A DNA stretch of 64,000 bases from Eledone cirrhosa (lineage: Eukaryota), in assembly GCA_964016885.1 (NCBI GenBank), contig OZ024740.1:251596001-251660000 (forward strand), written 5' to 3'. The translations under genes and the position numbers were made by a program. Of the stretch, positions 38,901 through 52,300 are shown piece by piece (position 1 is the stretch's first letter; every line of letters begins with the position of its first letter). The notes beneath the pieces were generated by a model. The model was not told where the DNA came from. It searched no databases and saw only the letters and a list, made by a program, of their open reading frames with translations.

Positions 38901-41900
38901 AATTATCTCCCCTTGGACGGCTGGAAATTATCTCCCCTTGGACGGCTAGAAATTACCTCTCCTTGGACGGCTGAAAATTATCTCCCCTTGGACGGCTGCA
39001 AATTATCTCCCCTTGATTTTTTTTACAAATTATCTCCCCCTGATTTTTTTTACAAATTATCTCCCCCTGATTTTTTTTACAAATTATCTCCCCCTGATTT
39101 TTTTTTACAAATTATCTCCCCCTGATTTTTTTTTACAAATTATCTCCCCCTGATTTTTTTTACAAATTATCTCCCCCTGATTTTTTTTACAAATTATCTC
39201 CCCCTGATTTTTTTTTACAAATTATCTCCCCTTGATTTTTTTTTACAAATTATTTCCCCCTGATTTTTTTTTTACAAATTATCTCCCCCTGATTTTTTTA
39301 CAAATTATCTCCCCCTGATTTTTTTTACAAATTATCTCCCCCTGATTTTTTTTACAAATTATCTCCCCTTGATTTTTTTTTACAAATTATCTCCCCCTGA
39401 TTTTTTTTTTACAAATTATCTCCCCCTGATTTTTTTAAAAATTATCTTCCCTTGGCTGGCGGGAAATTATCTCCCCTTGGACGGCTGGAAATTATCTCCC
39501 CTTGGAAGGATGTAAATTATCTCCCCTTGGACGGCTGGAAATTATCTCCCCTTGCACGGCTGGAAATTATCTCCCCTTGATTTTTTTTACAAATTATCTC
39601 CCCCTGATTTTTTTTTACAAATTATCTCCCCCTGATTTTTTTTTACAAATTATCTCCCCCTGATTTTTTTTACAAATTATCTCCCCCTGATTTAAAAAAA
39701 AAAAATTATCTCCCCTTCGCTGGCTGGAAATTATCTCCCCTTGGACGCTGGAAATTATAGCCCCTTGGAGGGCTGGAAATTATCTTCCCTTGGACGGCTG
39801 GAAATTATCTTCCCTTGGACGGCTGGAAATTATCTCCCCTTGATTTTTTTTACAAATTATCTCCCCCTGATTTTTTTTTACAAATTATCTCCCCCTGATT
39901 TTTTTTTACAAATTATCTCCCCCTGATTTTTTTTTTACAAATTATCTCCGCTTGATTTTTTAAAAAAAATTATCTCCCCTTGGACGGCTGGAAATTATCT
40001 CCCCTTGGACGGCTAGAAATTATCTCTCCTTGGACGGCTGAAAATTATCTCCCCTTGGACGGCTGCAAATTATCTCCCCTTGATTTTTTTTACAAATTAT
40101 CTCCCCCTGATTTTTTTTTACAAATTATCTCCCCCTGATTTTTTTTTACAAATTATCTCCCCTTGATTTTTTTTTACAAATTATCTCCCCCTGATTTTTT
40201 TTTTACAAATTATCTCCCCCTGATTTTTTTACAAATTATCTCCCCCTGATTTTTTTTACAAATTATCTCCCCCTGATTTTTTTTACAAATTATCTCCCCT
40301 TGATTTTTTTTTACAAATTATCTCCCCCTGATTTTTTTTTTACAAATTATCTCCCCCTGATTTTTTTAAAAATTATCTTCCCTTGGCTGGCGGGAAATTA
40401 TCTCCCCTTGGACGGCTGGAAATTATCTCCCCTTGGAAGGATGTAAATTATCTCCCCTTGGACGGCTGGAAATTATCTCCCCTTGCACGGCTGGAAATTA
40501 TCTCCCCTTGATTTTTTTTACAAATTATCTCCCCCTGATTTTTTTTTACAAATTATCTCCCCCTGATTTTTTTTTACAAATTATCTCCCCCTGATTTTTT
40601 TTACAAATTATCTCCCCCTGATTTTTAAAAAAAAAATTATCTCCCCTTCGCTGGCTGGAAATTATCTCCCCTTGGACGCTGGAAATTATAGCCCCTTGGA
40701 GGGCTGGAAATTATCTTCCCTTGGACGGCTGGAAATTATCTTCCCTTGGACGGCTGGAAATTATCTCCCCTTGATTTTTTTTACAAATTATCTCCCCCTG
40801 ATTTTTTTTTACAAATTATCTCCCCCTGATTTTTTTTTACAAATTATCTCCCCCTGATTTTTTTTTTACAAATTATCTCCGCTTGATTTTTTAAAAAAAA
40901 TTATCTCCCCTTGGACGGCTGGAAATTATCTCCCCTTGGACGGCTGGAAATTATCTCCCCTTGGACGGCTAGAAATTATCTCTCCTTGGACGGCTGAAAA
41001 TTATCTCCCCTTGGACGGCTGCAAATTATCTCCCCTTTATTTTTTTTACAAATTATCTCCCCCTGATTTTTTTTTACAAATTATCTCCCCCTCATTTTTT
41101 TACAAATTATCTACCCCTGATTTTTTTTACAAATTATCTCCCCCTGATTTTTTTTTACAAATTATCTCCCTCTGATTTTTTTTACAAATTATCTCCCCCT
41201 GATTTTTTTTTTACAAATTATCTCCCCCTGATTTTTTAAAAAATTATCTCCCCCTGATTTTTTTACAATCTCCGCCTGATTTTTTTAAAAATTATCTTCC
41301 CTTGGCTGGCGGGAAATTATCTCCCCTTGGACGGCTGGAAATTATCTCCCCTTGGAAGGATGGAAATTATCTCCCCTTGGACGGCTGGATATTATCTCCC
41401 CTTGCACGGCTGGAAATTATCTCCCCTTGGCTGGAAATTATCTCCCCTTGGACGGCTAGAAATTATCTCTCTTTGGACGGCTGGAAATTATCTCCCTTTG
41501 ATTTTTTTTACAAATTATCTCCCTCTGATATTTTTTACAAATCTCCCCCTGATTTTTTAAAAAAAATTATCTCCCCTTCGCTGGCTGGAAATTATCTCCC
41601 CTTGGACACTGGAAATTATAGCCCCTTGGAGGGCTGGAAATTATCTTCCCTTGGACGGCTGGAAATTATCTCCCCTTGATTTTTTTTACAAATTATCTCC
41701 GCCTGATTTTTTTTAAAAATTATCTCTCCTTGGACGGCTGGAAATTATCTCCCCTTGATTTTTTTTACAAATTATCTCCCCCTGATTTTTTTTACAAATT
41801 ATCTCCCCCTGATTTTTTTTTACAAATTATCTACCACTGATTTTTTTTACAAATTATCTCCCCCTGATTTTTTTTACAAATTATCTCCCCCTGATTTTTC

Positions 41901-43380
41901 TTTTACAAATTATCTCCCCCTGATTTTTTTACAAATTATCTCCCCCTGATTTTTTTTACAAATTATCTCCGCCTGATTTTTTTAAATATTATCTTCCCTT
42001 GGCTGGCGGGAAATTATCTCCCCTTGGACGGCTGGAAATTATCTGCCCTTGATTTTGTTTTTACAAATTATCTTCCACTGATTTTTTTTACAAATTATCT
42101 CCACCTGATTTTTTAAAAAATTATCTCCCCTTGGAAGGCTGGAAATTATCTCCCCTTGGACGGCTAGAAATTATCTCTCTTTGGACGGCTGGAAATTATC
42201 TCCCCTTGATTTTTTTTACAAATTATCTCCCCCTGATTTTTTTTACAAATATCCCAGTGATTTTTTTTAAAAAATTATCTCCCCTTCGCTGGCTGGAAAT
42301 TATCTCCCCTTGGACGCTGGAAATTATAGCCCCTTGGAGGGCTGGAAATTATCTTCCCTTGGACGGCTGGAAATTATCTCCCCTTGATTTTTTTTACAAA
42401 TTATCTCCCCCTGATTTTTTTTTACAAATTATCTCCCCCTGATTTTTTTTTACAAATTATCTCCCCCTGATTTTTTTTACAACTTATCTCCGCCTGATTT
42501 TTTTTAAAAAATCATCTCCCCTTGGACGGCTGGAAATTATCTCCCCTTGGACGGCTGGAAATTATCTCCCCTTGATTTTTTTACAAATTATCTCCCCCTG
42601 ATTTTTTTTTACAAATTATCTCCCCCTGATTTTTTTTACAAATTATCTCCCCCTGATTTTTTTTACAAATTATCTCCCCCTGATTTTTTTTACAAATTAT
42701 CTCCGCCTGATTTTTTTAAATATTATCTCTCCTTGGCTGGCGGGAAATTATCTCCCCTTGGACGGCTGCAAATTATCTCCGCTTGATTTTTTTTACAAAT
42801 TATCTCCCCCTGATTTTTTTTTAAAAATTATCTCCCCCTGATTTTTTTTACAAATTATCTCCCCTGATTTTTTTTTACAAATTATCTCCCCCTGATTTTT
42901 TTTTACAAATTATCTCCCCCTGATTTTTTTTTTACAAATTATCTCCCCCTGATTTTTTTACAAATTATCTCCCCCTGATTTTTTTTACAATCTCCGCCTG
43001 ATTTTTTTAAAAATTATCTTCCCTTGGCTGGCGGGAAATTATCTCCCCTTGGACGGCTGGAAATTATCTCCCCTTGGAAGGATGGAAATTATCTCCCCTT
43101 GGACGGCTGGAAATTATCTCCCCTTGCACGGCTGGAAATTATCTCCCCTTGGCTGGAAATTATCTCCCCTTGGACGGCTAGAAATTATCTCTCTTTGGAT
43201 GGCTGGAAATTATCTCCCTTTGATTTTTTTTACAAATTATCTCCCTCTGATTTTTTTTACAAATCTCCCCCTGATTTTTTTTTACAAATTATCTCCCCCT
43301 GATTTTTTTTACAAACTATCTCCCCCTGATTTTTTTACAAATTATCTCCCCTTGGCTGGCTGGAAATTATCTCCCCTTGG
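35800..43380 (+). repeat. Non-adjacent copy of ~8.3-15.9 kb (offset ~27,470 bp; approximate bounds)
   Basis: Offsets of 27,469-27,470 for 9532->37002, 9955->37425, 10811->38280, 12272->39741, 13832->41302 and 15554->43024. The rare variant ggacgggtgg is shared at ~9935 and ~37405. Confidence 0.88.
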
Positions 43381-46300
43381 AGGCTGGAATTTATCTCCCC
43401 TTGGACGGCTAGAAATTACCTCTCCTTGGACTGCTGGAAAATATGTCTCCTTGGACGGCTGGAAATTATCTCCCCTTGGACGGCTGGAAATTACCTCTCC
43501 TTGGACGGCTGAAAATTATCTCCCCTTGGACGGCTGGAAATTATCTCCCCTTGCACTGCTGGAAATTATCTCCCCTTGGACGGCTGGAAATTATCTGCCC
43601 TTGATTTTGTTTTTACAAATTATCTTCCCCTGATTATTTTTACAAATTATCTCCACCTGATTTTTTAAAAAATTATCTCCCCTTGGAAGGCTGGAAATTA
43701 TCTCCCCTTGGACGGCTAGAAATTATCTCTCTTTGGACGGCTGGAAATTATCTCCCCTTGATTTTTTTTACAAATTATCTCCCCCTGATTTTCTTTACAA
43801 ATATCCCAGTGATTTTTTTTAAAAAATTATCTCCCCTTCGCTGGCTGGAAATTATCTCCCCTTGGACGCTGGAAATTATAGCCCCTTGGAGGGCTGGAAA
43901 TTATCTTCCCTTGGACGGCTGGAAATTATCTCCCCTTGATTTTTTTTACAAATTATCTCCCCCTGATTTTTTTTTACAAATTATCTCCCCCTGATTTTTT
44001 TTTACAAATTATCTCCCCCTGATTTTTTTTTACAACTTATCTCCGCCTGATTTTTTTTAAAAAATCATCTCCCCTTGGACGGCTGGAAATTATCTCCCCT
44101 TGGACGGCTGGAAATTATCTCTCCTTGGACGGCTAGAAATTACCTCTCCTTGGACGGCTGAAAATTATCTCCCCTTGGACGGCTGGAAATTATCTCCCCT
44201 TGATTTTTTTACAAATTATCTTCCCCTGATTTTTTTTACAAATTATCTCCCCTGATTTTTTTTTACAAATTATCTCCCCCTGATTTTTTTTTACAAATTA
44301 TCTCCCCCTGATTTTTTTTACAAATTATCTCCCCCTGATTTTTTTACAAATTATCTCCCCTTGGCTGGCTGGAAATTATCTCCCCTTGGAGGCAGGAATT
44401 TATCTCCCCTTGGACGGCTAGAAATTACCTCTCCTTGGACGGCTGGAAAATATGTCTCCTTGGACGGCTGGAAATTATCTCCCCTTGGACGGCTGGAAAT
44501 TATCTCCCCTTGGACGGCTGGAAATTATCTCCCCTTGGACGGCTAGAAATTACCTCTCCTTGGACGGCTGAAAATTATCTCCCCTTGGACGGCTGGAAAT
44601 TATCTCCCCTTGATTTTTTTACAAATTATCTCCCCCTGATTTTTTTTTACAAATTATCTCCCCCTGATTTTTTTTTACAAATTATCTCCCACTGATTTTT
44701 TTTTACAAATTATCTCCCCCTGATTTTTTTTTACAAATTATCTCCGCCTGATTTTTTTAAAAAAATTGTCTCCCCTTGGACGGCTGGAAATTATCTCCCC
44801 TTGGACGGCTGGAAATTATCTCCCCTTGGACGGCTAGAAATTACCTCTCCTTGGACGGCTGAAAATTATCTCCCCTTGGACGGCTGCAAATTATCTCCCC
44901 TTGATTTTTTTTACAAATTATCTCCCCTGATTTTTTTTACAAATTATCTCCCCCTGATTTTTTTTACAAATTATCTCCCCCTGATTTTTAAAAAAAAAAT
45001 TATCTCCCCTTCGCTGGCTGGAAATTATCTCCCCTTGGACGCTGGAAATTATAGCCCCTTGGAGGGCTGGAAATTATCTTCCCTTGGACGGCTGGAAATT
45101 ATCTCCCCTTGATTTTTTTTACAAATTATCTCCCCCTGATTTTTTTTTACAAATTATCTCCCCCTGATTTTTTTTACAAATTATCTCCCCCTGATTTTTT
45201 TTTACAACTTATCTCCGCCTGATTTTTTTTAAAAAATCATCTCCCCTTGGACGGCTGGAAATTATCTCCCCTTGGACGGCTGGAAATTATCTCCCCTTGG
45301 ACGGCTGGAAATTATCTCTCCTTGGACGGCTAGAAATTACCTCTCCTTGGACGGCTGAAAATTATCTCCCCTTGGACGGCTGGAAATTATCTCCCCTTGA
45401 TTTTTTTTACAAATTATCTCCCCCTGATTTTTTTGTACAAATTATCTCCCCCTGATTTTTTTTACAAATTATCTCCCCCTGATTTTTTTACAAATTATCT
45501 CCCCTTGGCTGGCTGGAAATTATCTCCCCTTGGAGGCAGGAATTTATCTCCCCTTGGACGGCTAGAAATTACCTCTCCTTGGACGGCTGGAAAATATGTC
45601 TCCTTGGACGGCTGGAAATTATCTCCCCTTGGACGGCTGGAAATTATCTCCCCTTGGACGGCTGGAAATTATCTCCCCTTGGACGGCTAGAAATTACCTC
45701 TCCTTGGACGGCTGAAAATTATCTCCCCTTGGACGGCTGGAAATTATCTCCCCTTGATTTTTTTACAAATTATCTCCCCCTGATTTTTTTTTACAAATTA
45801 TCTCCCCCTGATTTTTTTTTACAAATTATCTCCCACTGATTTTTTTTTACAAATTATCTCCCCCTGATTTTTTTTTTACAAATTATCTCCGCCTGATTTT
45901 TTTAAAAAAATTATCTCCCCTTGGACGGCTGGAAATTACCTCTCCTTGGACGGCTGAAAATTATCTCCCCTTGGACGGCTGCAAATTATCTCCCCTTGAT
46001 TTTTTTTACAAATTATCTCCCCCTGATTTTTTTTACAAATTATCTCCCCCTGATTTTTTTTACAAATTATCTCCCCCTGATTTTTTTTTACAAATTATCT
46101 CCCCCTGATTTTTTTTTACAAATTATCTCCCCCTGATTTTTTTTACAAATTATCTCCCCCTGATTTTTTTTACAAATTATCTCCCCCTGATTTTTTTTTA
46201 CAAATTATCTCCCCTTGATTTTTTTTTACAAATTATCTGCCCCTGATTTTTTTTTTACAAATTATCTCCCCCTGATTTTTTTACAAATTATCTCCCCCTG

Positions 46301-49300
46301 ATTTTTTTTACAAATTATCTCCCGCTGATTTTTTTTTACAAATTATCTCCCCTTGATTTTTTTTTACAAATTATCTCCCCTTGATTTTTTTTTACAAATT
46401 ATCTCCCCCTGATTTTTTTTTTACAAATTATCTCCCCCTGATTTTTTTAAAAATTATCTTCCCTTGGCTGGCGGGAAATTATCTCCCCTTGGACGGCTGG
46501 AAATTATCTCCCCTTGGAAGGATGTAAATTATCTCCCCTTGGACGGCTGGAAATTATCTCCCCTTGCACGGCTGGAAATTATCTCCCCTTGATTTTTTTT
46601 ACAAATTATCTCCCCCTGATTTTTTTTTACAAATTATCTCCCCCTGATTTTTTTTTACAAATTATCTCCCCCTGATTTTTTTTACAAATTATCTCCCCCT
46701 GATTTTAAAAAAAAAAATTATCTCCCCTTCGCTGGCTGGAAATTATCTCCCCTTGGACGCTGGAAATTATAGCCCCTTGGAGGGCTGGAAATTATCTTCC
46801 CTTGGACGGCTGGAAATTATCTTCCCTTGGACGGCTGGAAATTATCTCCCCTTGATTTTTTTTACAAATTATCTCCCCCTGATTTTTTTTTACAAATTAT
46901 CTCCCCCTGATTTTTTTTACAAATTATCTACCCCTGATTTTTTTTACAAATTATCTCCCCCTGATTTTTTTTTACAAATTATCTCCCTCTGATTTTTTTT
47001 TACAAATTATCTCCCCCTGATTTTTTTTTTACAAATTATCTCCCCCTGATTTTTTTACAAATTATCTCCCCCTGATTTTTTTTACAATCTCCGCCTGATT
47101 TTTTAAAAAATTATCTTCCCTTGGCTGGCGGGAAATTATCTCCCCTTGGACGGCTGGAAATTATCTCCCCTTGGACGGCTAGAAATTATCTCTCTTTGGA
47201 CGGCTGGAAATTATCTCCCCTTGATTTTTTTTACAAATTATCTCCCCCTGATTTTTTTTACAAATTATCCCCGCATGATTTTTAAAAAAAAAGTTATCTC
47301 CCCTTCGCTGGCTGGAAATTATCTTCCCTTGGACGCTGGAAATTATAGCCCCTTGGAGGGCTGGAAATTATCTTCCCTTGGACGGCTGGAAATTATCTCC
47401 CCTTGATTTTTTTTACAAATTATCTCCCCCTGATTTTTTTTTACAAATTATCTCCCCCTGATTTTTTTTTACAAATTATCTCCCCCTGATTTTTTTTTTT
47501 ACAAATTATCTCCGCCTGATTTTTTAAAAAAAATTATCTCCCCTTGGACGGGTGGAAATTATCTCCCCTTGGACGGCTGGAAATTATCTCCCCTTGGACG
47601 GCTAGAAATTACCTCTCCTTGGACGGCTGAAAATTATCTCCCCTTGGACGGCTGCAAATTATCTCCCCTTGATTTTTTTTACAAATTATCTCCCCCTGAT
47701 TTTTTTTACAAATTATCTCCCCCTGATTTTTTTTACAAATTATCTCCCCCTGATTTTTTTTTACAAATTATCTCCCCCTGATTTTTTTTTACAAATTATC
47801 TCCCCCTGATTTTTTTTACAAATTATCTCCCCCTGATTTTTTTTACAAATTATCTCCCCCTGATTTTTTTTTACAAATTATCTCCCCTTGATTTTTTTTT
47901 ACAAATTATCTCCCCCTGATTTTTTTTTTACAAATTATCTCCCCCTGATTTTTTTACAAATTATCTCCCCCTGATTTTTTTTACAAATTATCTCCCCCTG
48001 ATTTTTTTTACAAATTATCTCCCCTTGATTTTTCTTTACAAATTATCTCCCCTTGATTTTTTTTTACAAATTATCTCCCCCTGATTTTTTTTTTACAAAT
48101 TATCTCCCCCTGATTTTTTTAAAAATTATCTTCCCTTGGCTGGCGGGAAATTATCTCCCCTTGGACGGCTGGAAATTATCTCCCCTTGGAAGGATGTAAA
48201 TTATCTCCCCTTGGACGGCTGGAAATTATCTCCCCTTGCACGGCTGGAAATTATCTCCCCTTGATTTTTTTTACAAATTATCTCCCCCTGATTTTTTTTA
48301 CAAATTATCTCCCCCTGATTTTTTTTTACAAATTATCTCCCCCTGATTTTTTTTACAAATTATCTCCCCCTGATTTTTAAAAAAAAAATTATCTCCCCTT
48401 CGCTGGCTGGAAATTATCTCCCCTTGGACGCTGGAAATTATAGCCCCTTGGAGGGCTGGAAATTATCTTCCCTTGGACGGCTGGAAATTATCTTCCCTTG
48501 GACGGCTGGAAATTATCTCCCCTTGATTTTTTTTACAAATTATCTCCCCCTGATTTTTTTTTACAAATTATCTCCCCCTGATTTTTTTTACAAATTATCT
48601 ACCCCTGATTTTTTTTACAAATTATCTCCCCCTGATTTTTTTTTACAAATTATCTCCCTCTGATTTTTTTTTACAAATTATCTCCCCCTGATTTTTTTTT
48701 TACAAATTATCTCCCCCTGATTTTTTTACAAATTATCTCCCCCTGATTTTTTTTACAATCTCCGCCTGATTTTTTAAAAAATTATCTCCCCTTCGCTGGC
48801 TGGAAATTATCTCCCCTTGGACGCTGGAAATTATAGCCCCTTGGAGGGCTGGAAATTATCTTCCCTTGGACGGCTGGAAATTATCTCCCCTTGATTTTTT
48901 TTACAAATTATCTCCCCCTGATTTTTTTTTACAAATTATCTCCCCCTGATTTTTTTTTACAAATTATCTCCCCCTGATTTTTTTTTTTACAAATTATCTC
49001 CGCCTGATTTTTAAAAAAAAATTATCTCCCCTTGGACGGCTGGAAATTATCTCCCCTTGGACGGCTGGAAATTATCTCCCCTTGGACGGCTAGAAATTAC
49101 CTCTCCTTGGACGGCTGAAAATTATCTCCCCTTGGACGGCTGCAAATTATCTCCCCTTGATTTTTTTTACAAATTATCTCCCCCTGATTTTTTTTACAAA
49201 TTATCTCCCCCTGATTTTTTTTACAAATTATCTCCCCCTGATTTTTTTTTACAAATTATCTCCCCCTGATTTTTTTTTACAAATTATCTCCCCCTGATTT

Positions 49301-52300
49301 TTTTTACAAATTATCTCCCCCTGATTTTTTTTACAAATTATCTCCCCCTGATTTTTTTTTACAAATTATCTCCCCTTGATTTTTTTTTACAAATTATTTC
49401 CCCCTGATTTTTTTTTTACAAATTATCTCCCCCTGATTTTTTTACAAATTATCTCCCCCTGATTTTTTTTACAAATTATCTCCCCCTGATTTTTTTTACA
49501 AATTATCTCCCCTTGATTTTTTTTTACAAATTATCTCCCCCTGATTTTTTTTTTACAAATTATCTCCCCCTGATTTTTTTAAAAATTATCTTCCCTTGGC
49601 TGGCGGGAAATTATCTCCCCTTGGACGGCTGGAAATTATCTCCCCTTGGAAGGATGTAAATTATCTCCCCTTGGACGGCTGGAAATTATCTCCCCTTGCA
49701 CGGCTGGAAATTATCTCCCCTTGATTTTTTTTACAAATTATCTCCCCCTGATTTTTTTTTACAAATTATCTCCCCCTGATTTTTTTTTACAAATTATCTC
49801 CCCCTGATTTTTTTTACAAATTATCTCCCCCTGATTTAAAAAAAAAAAATTATCTCCCCTTCGCTGGCTGGAAATTATCTCCCCTTGGACGCTGGAAATT
49901 ATAGCCCCTTGGAGGGCTGGAAATTATCTTCCCTTGGACGGCTGGAAATTATCTTCCCTTGGACGGCTGGAAATTATCTCCCCTTGATTTTTTTTACAAA
50001 TTATCTCCCCCTGATTTTTTTTTACAAATTATCTCCCCCTGATTTTTTTTTACAAATTATCTCCCCCTGATTTTTTTTTTACAAATTATCTCCGCTTGAT
50101 TTTTTAAAAAAAATTATCTCCCCTTGGACGGCTGGAAATTATCTCCCCTTGGACGGCTAGAAATTATCTCTCCTTGGACGGCTGAAAATTATCTCCCCTT
50201 GGACGGCTGCAAATTATCTCCCCTTGATTTTTTTTACAAATTATCTCCCCCTGATTTTTTTTTACAAATTATCTCCCCCTGATTTTTTTTTACAAATTAT
50301 CTCCCCTTGATTTTTTTTTACAAATTATCTCCCCCTGATTTTTTTTTTACAAATTATCTCCCCCTGATTTTTTTACAAATTATCTCCCCCTGATTTTTTT
50401 TACAAATTATCTCCCCCTGATTTTTTTTACAAATTATCTCCCCTTGATTTTTTTTTACAAATTATCTCCCCCTGATTTTTTTTTTACAAATTATCTCCCC
50501 CTGATTTTTTTAAAAATTATCTTCCCTTGGCTGGCGGGAAATTATCTCCCCTTGGACGGCTGGAAATTATCTCCCCTTGGAAGGATGTAAATTATCTCCC
50601 CTTGGACGGCTGGAAATTATCTCCCCTTGCACGGCTGGAAATTATCTCCCCTTGATTTTTTTTACAAATTATCTCCCCCTGATTTTTTTTTACAAATTAT
50701 CTCCCCCTGATTTTTTTTTACAAATTATCTCCCCCTGATTTTTTTTACAAATTATCTCCCCCTGATTTTTAAAAAAAAAATTATCTCCCCTTCGCTGGCT
50801 GGAAATTATCTCCCCTTGGACGCTGGAAATTATAGCCCCTTGGAGGGCTGGAAATTATCTTCCCTTGGACGGCTGGAAATTATCTTCCCTTGGACGGCTG
50901 GAAATTATCTCCCCTTGATTTTTTTTACAAATTATCTCCCCCTGATTTTTTTTTACAAATTATCTCCCCCTGATTTTTTTTTACAAATTATCTCCCCCTG
51001 ATTTTTTTTTTACAAATTATCTCCGCTTGATTTTTTAAAAAAAATTATCTCCCCTTGGACGGCTGGAAATTATCTCCCCTTGGACGGCTGGAAATTATCT
51101 CCCCTTGGACGGCTAGAAATTATCTCTCCTTGGACGGCTGAAAATTATCTCCCCTTGGACGGCTGCAAATTATCTCCCCTTTATTTTTTTTACAAATTAT
51201 CTCCCCCTGATTTTTTTTTACAAATTATCTCCCCCTCATTTTTTTACAAATTATCTACCCCTGATTTTTTTTACAAATTATCTCCCCCTGATTTTTTTTT
51301 ACAAATTATCTCCCTCTGATTTTTTTTACAAATTATCTCCCCCTGATTTTTTTTTTACAAATTATCTCCCCCTGATTTTTTTAAAAATTATCTCCCCCTG
51401 ATTTTTTTACAATCTCCGCCTGATTTTTTTAAAAATTATCTTCCCTTGGCTGGCGGGAAATTATCTCCCCTTGGACGGCTGGAAATTATCTCCCCTTGGA
51501 AGGATGGAAATTATCTCCCCTTGGACGGCTGGATATTATCTCCCCTTGCACGGCTGGAAATTATCTCCCCTTGGCTGGAAATTATCTCCCCTTGGACGGC
51601 TAGAAATTATCTCTCTTTGGACGGCTGGAAATTATCTCCCTTTGATTTTTTTTACAAATTATCTCCCTCTGATATTTTTTACAAATCTCCCCCTGATTTT
51701 TTAAAAAAAATTATCTCCCCTTCGCTGGCTGGAAATTATCTCCCCTTGGACACTGGAAATTATAGCCCCTTGGAGGGCTGGAAATTATCTTCCCTTGGAC
51801 GGCTGGAAATTATCTCCCCTTGATTTTTTTTACAAATTATCTCCGCCTGATTTTTTTTAAAAATTATCTCTCCTTGGACGGCTGGAAATTATCTCCCCTT
51901 GATTTTTTTTACAAATTATCTCCCCCTGATTTTTTTTACAAATTATCTCCCCCTGATTTTTTTTTACAAATTATCTACCACTGATTTTTTTTACAAATTA
52001 TCTCCCCCTGATTTTTTTTACAAATTATCTCCCCCTGATTTTTCTTTTACAAATTATCTCCCCCTGATTTTTTTACAAATTATCTCCCCCTGATTTTTTT
52101 TACAAATTATCTCCGCCTGATTTTTTTAAATATTATCTTCCCTTGGCTGGCGGGAAATTATCTCCCCTTGGACGGCTGGAAATTATCTGCCCTTGATTTT
52201 GTTTTTACAAATTATCTTCCACTGATTTTTTTTACAAATTATCTCCACCTGATTTTTTAAAAAATTATCTCCCCTTGGAAGGCTGGAAATTATCTCCCCT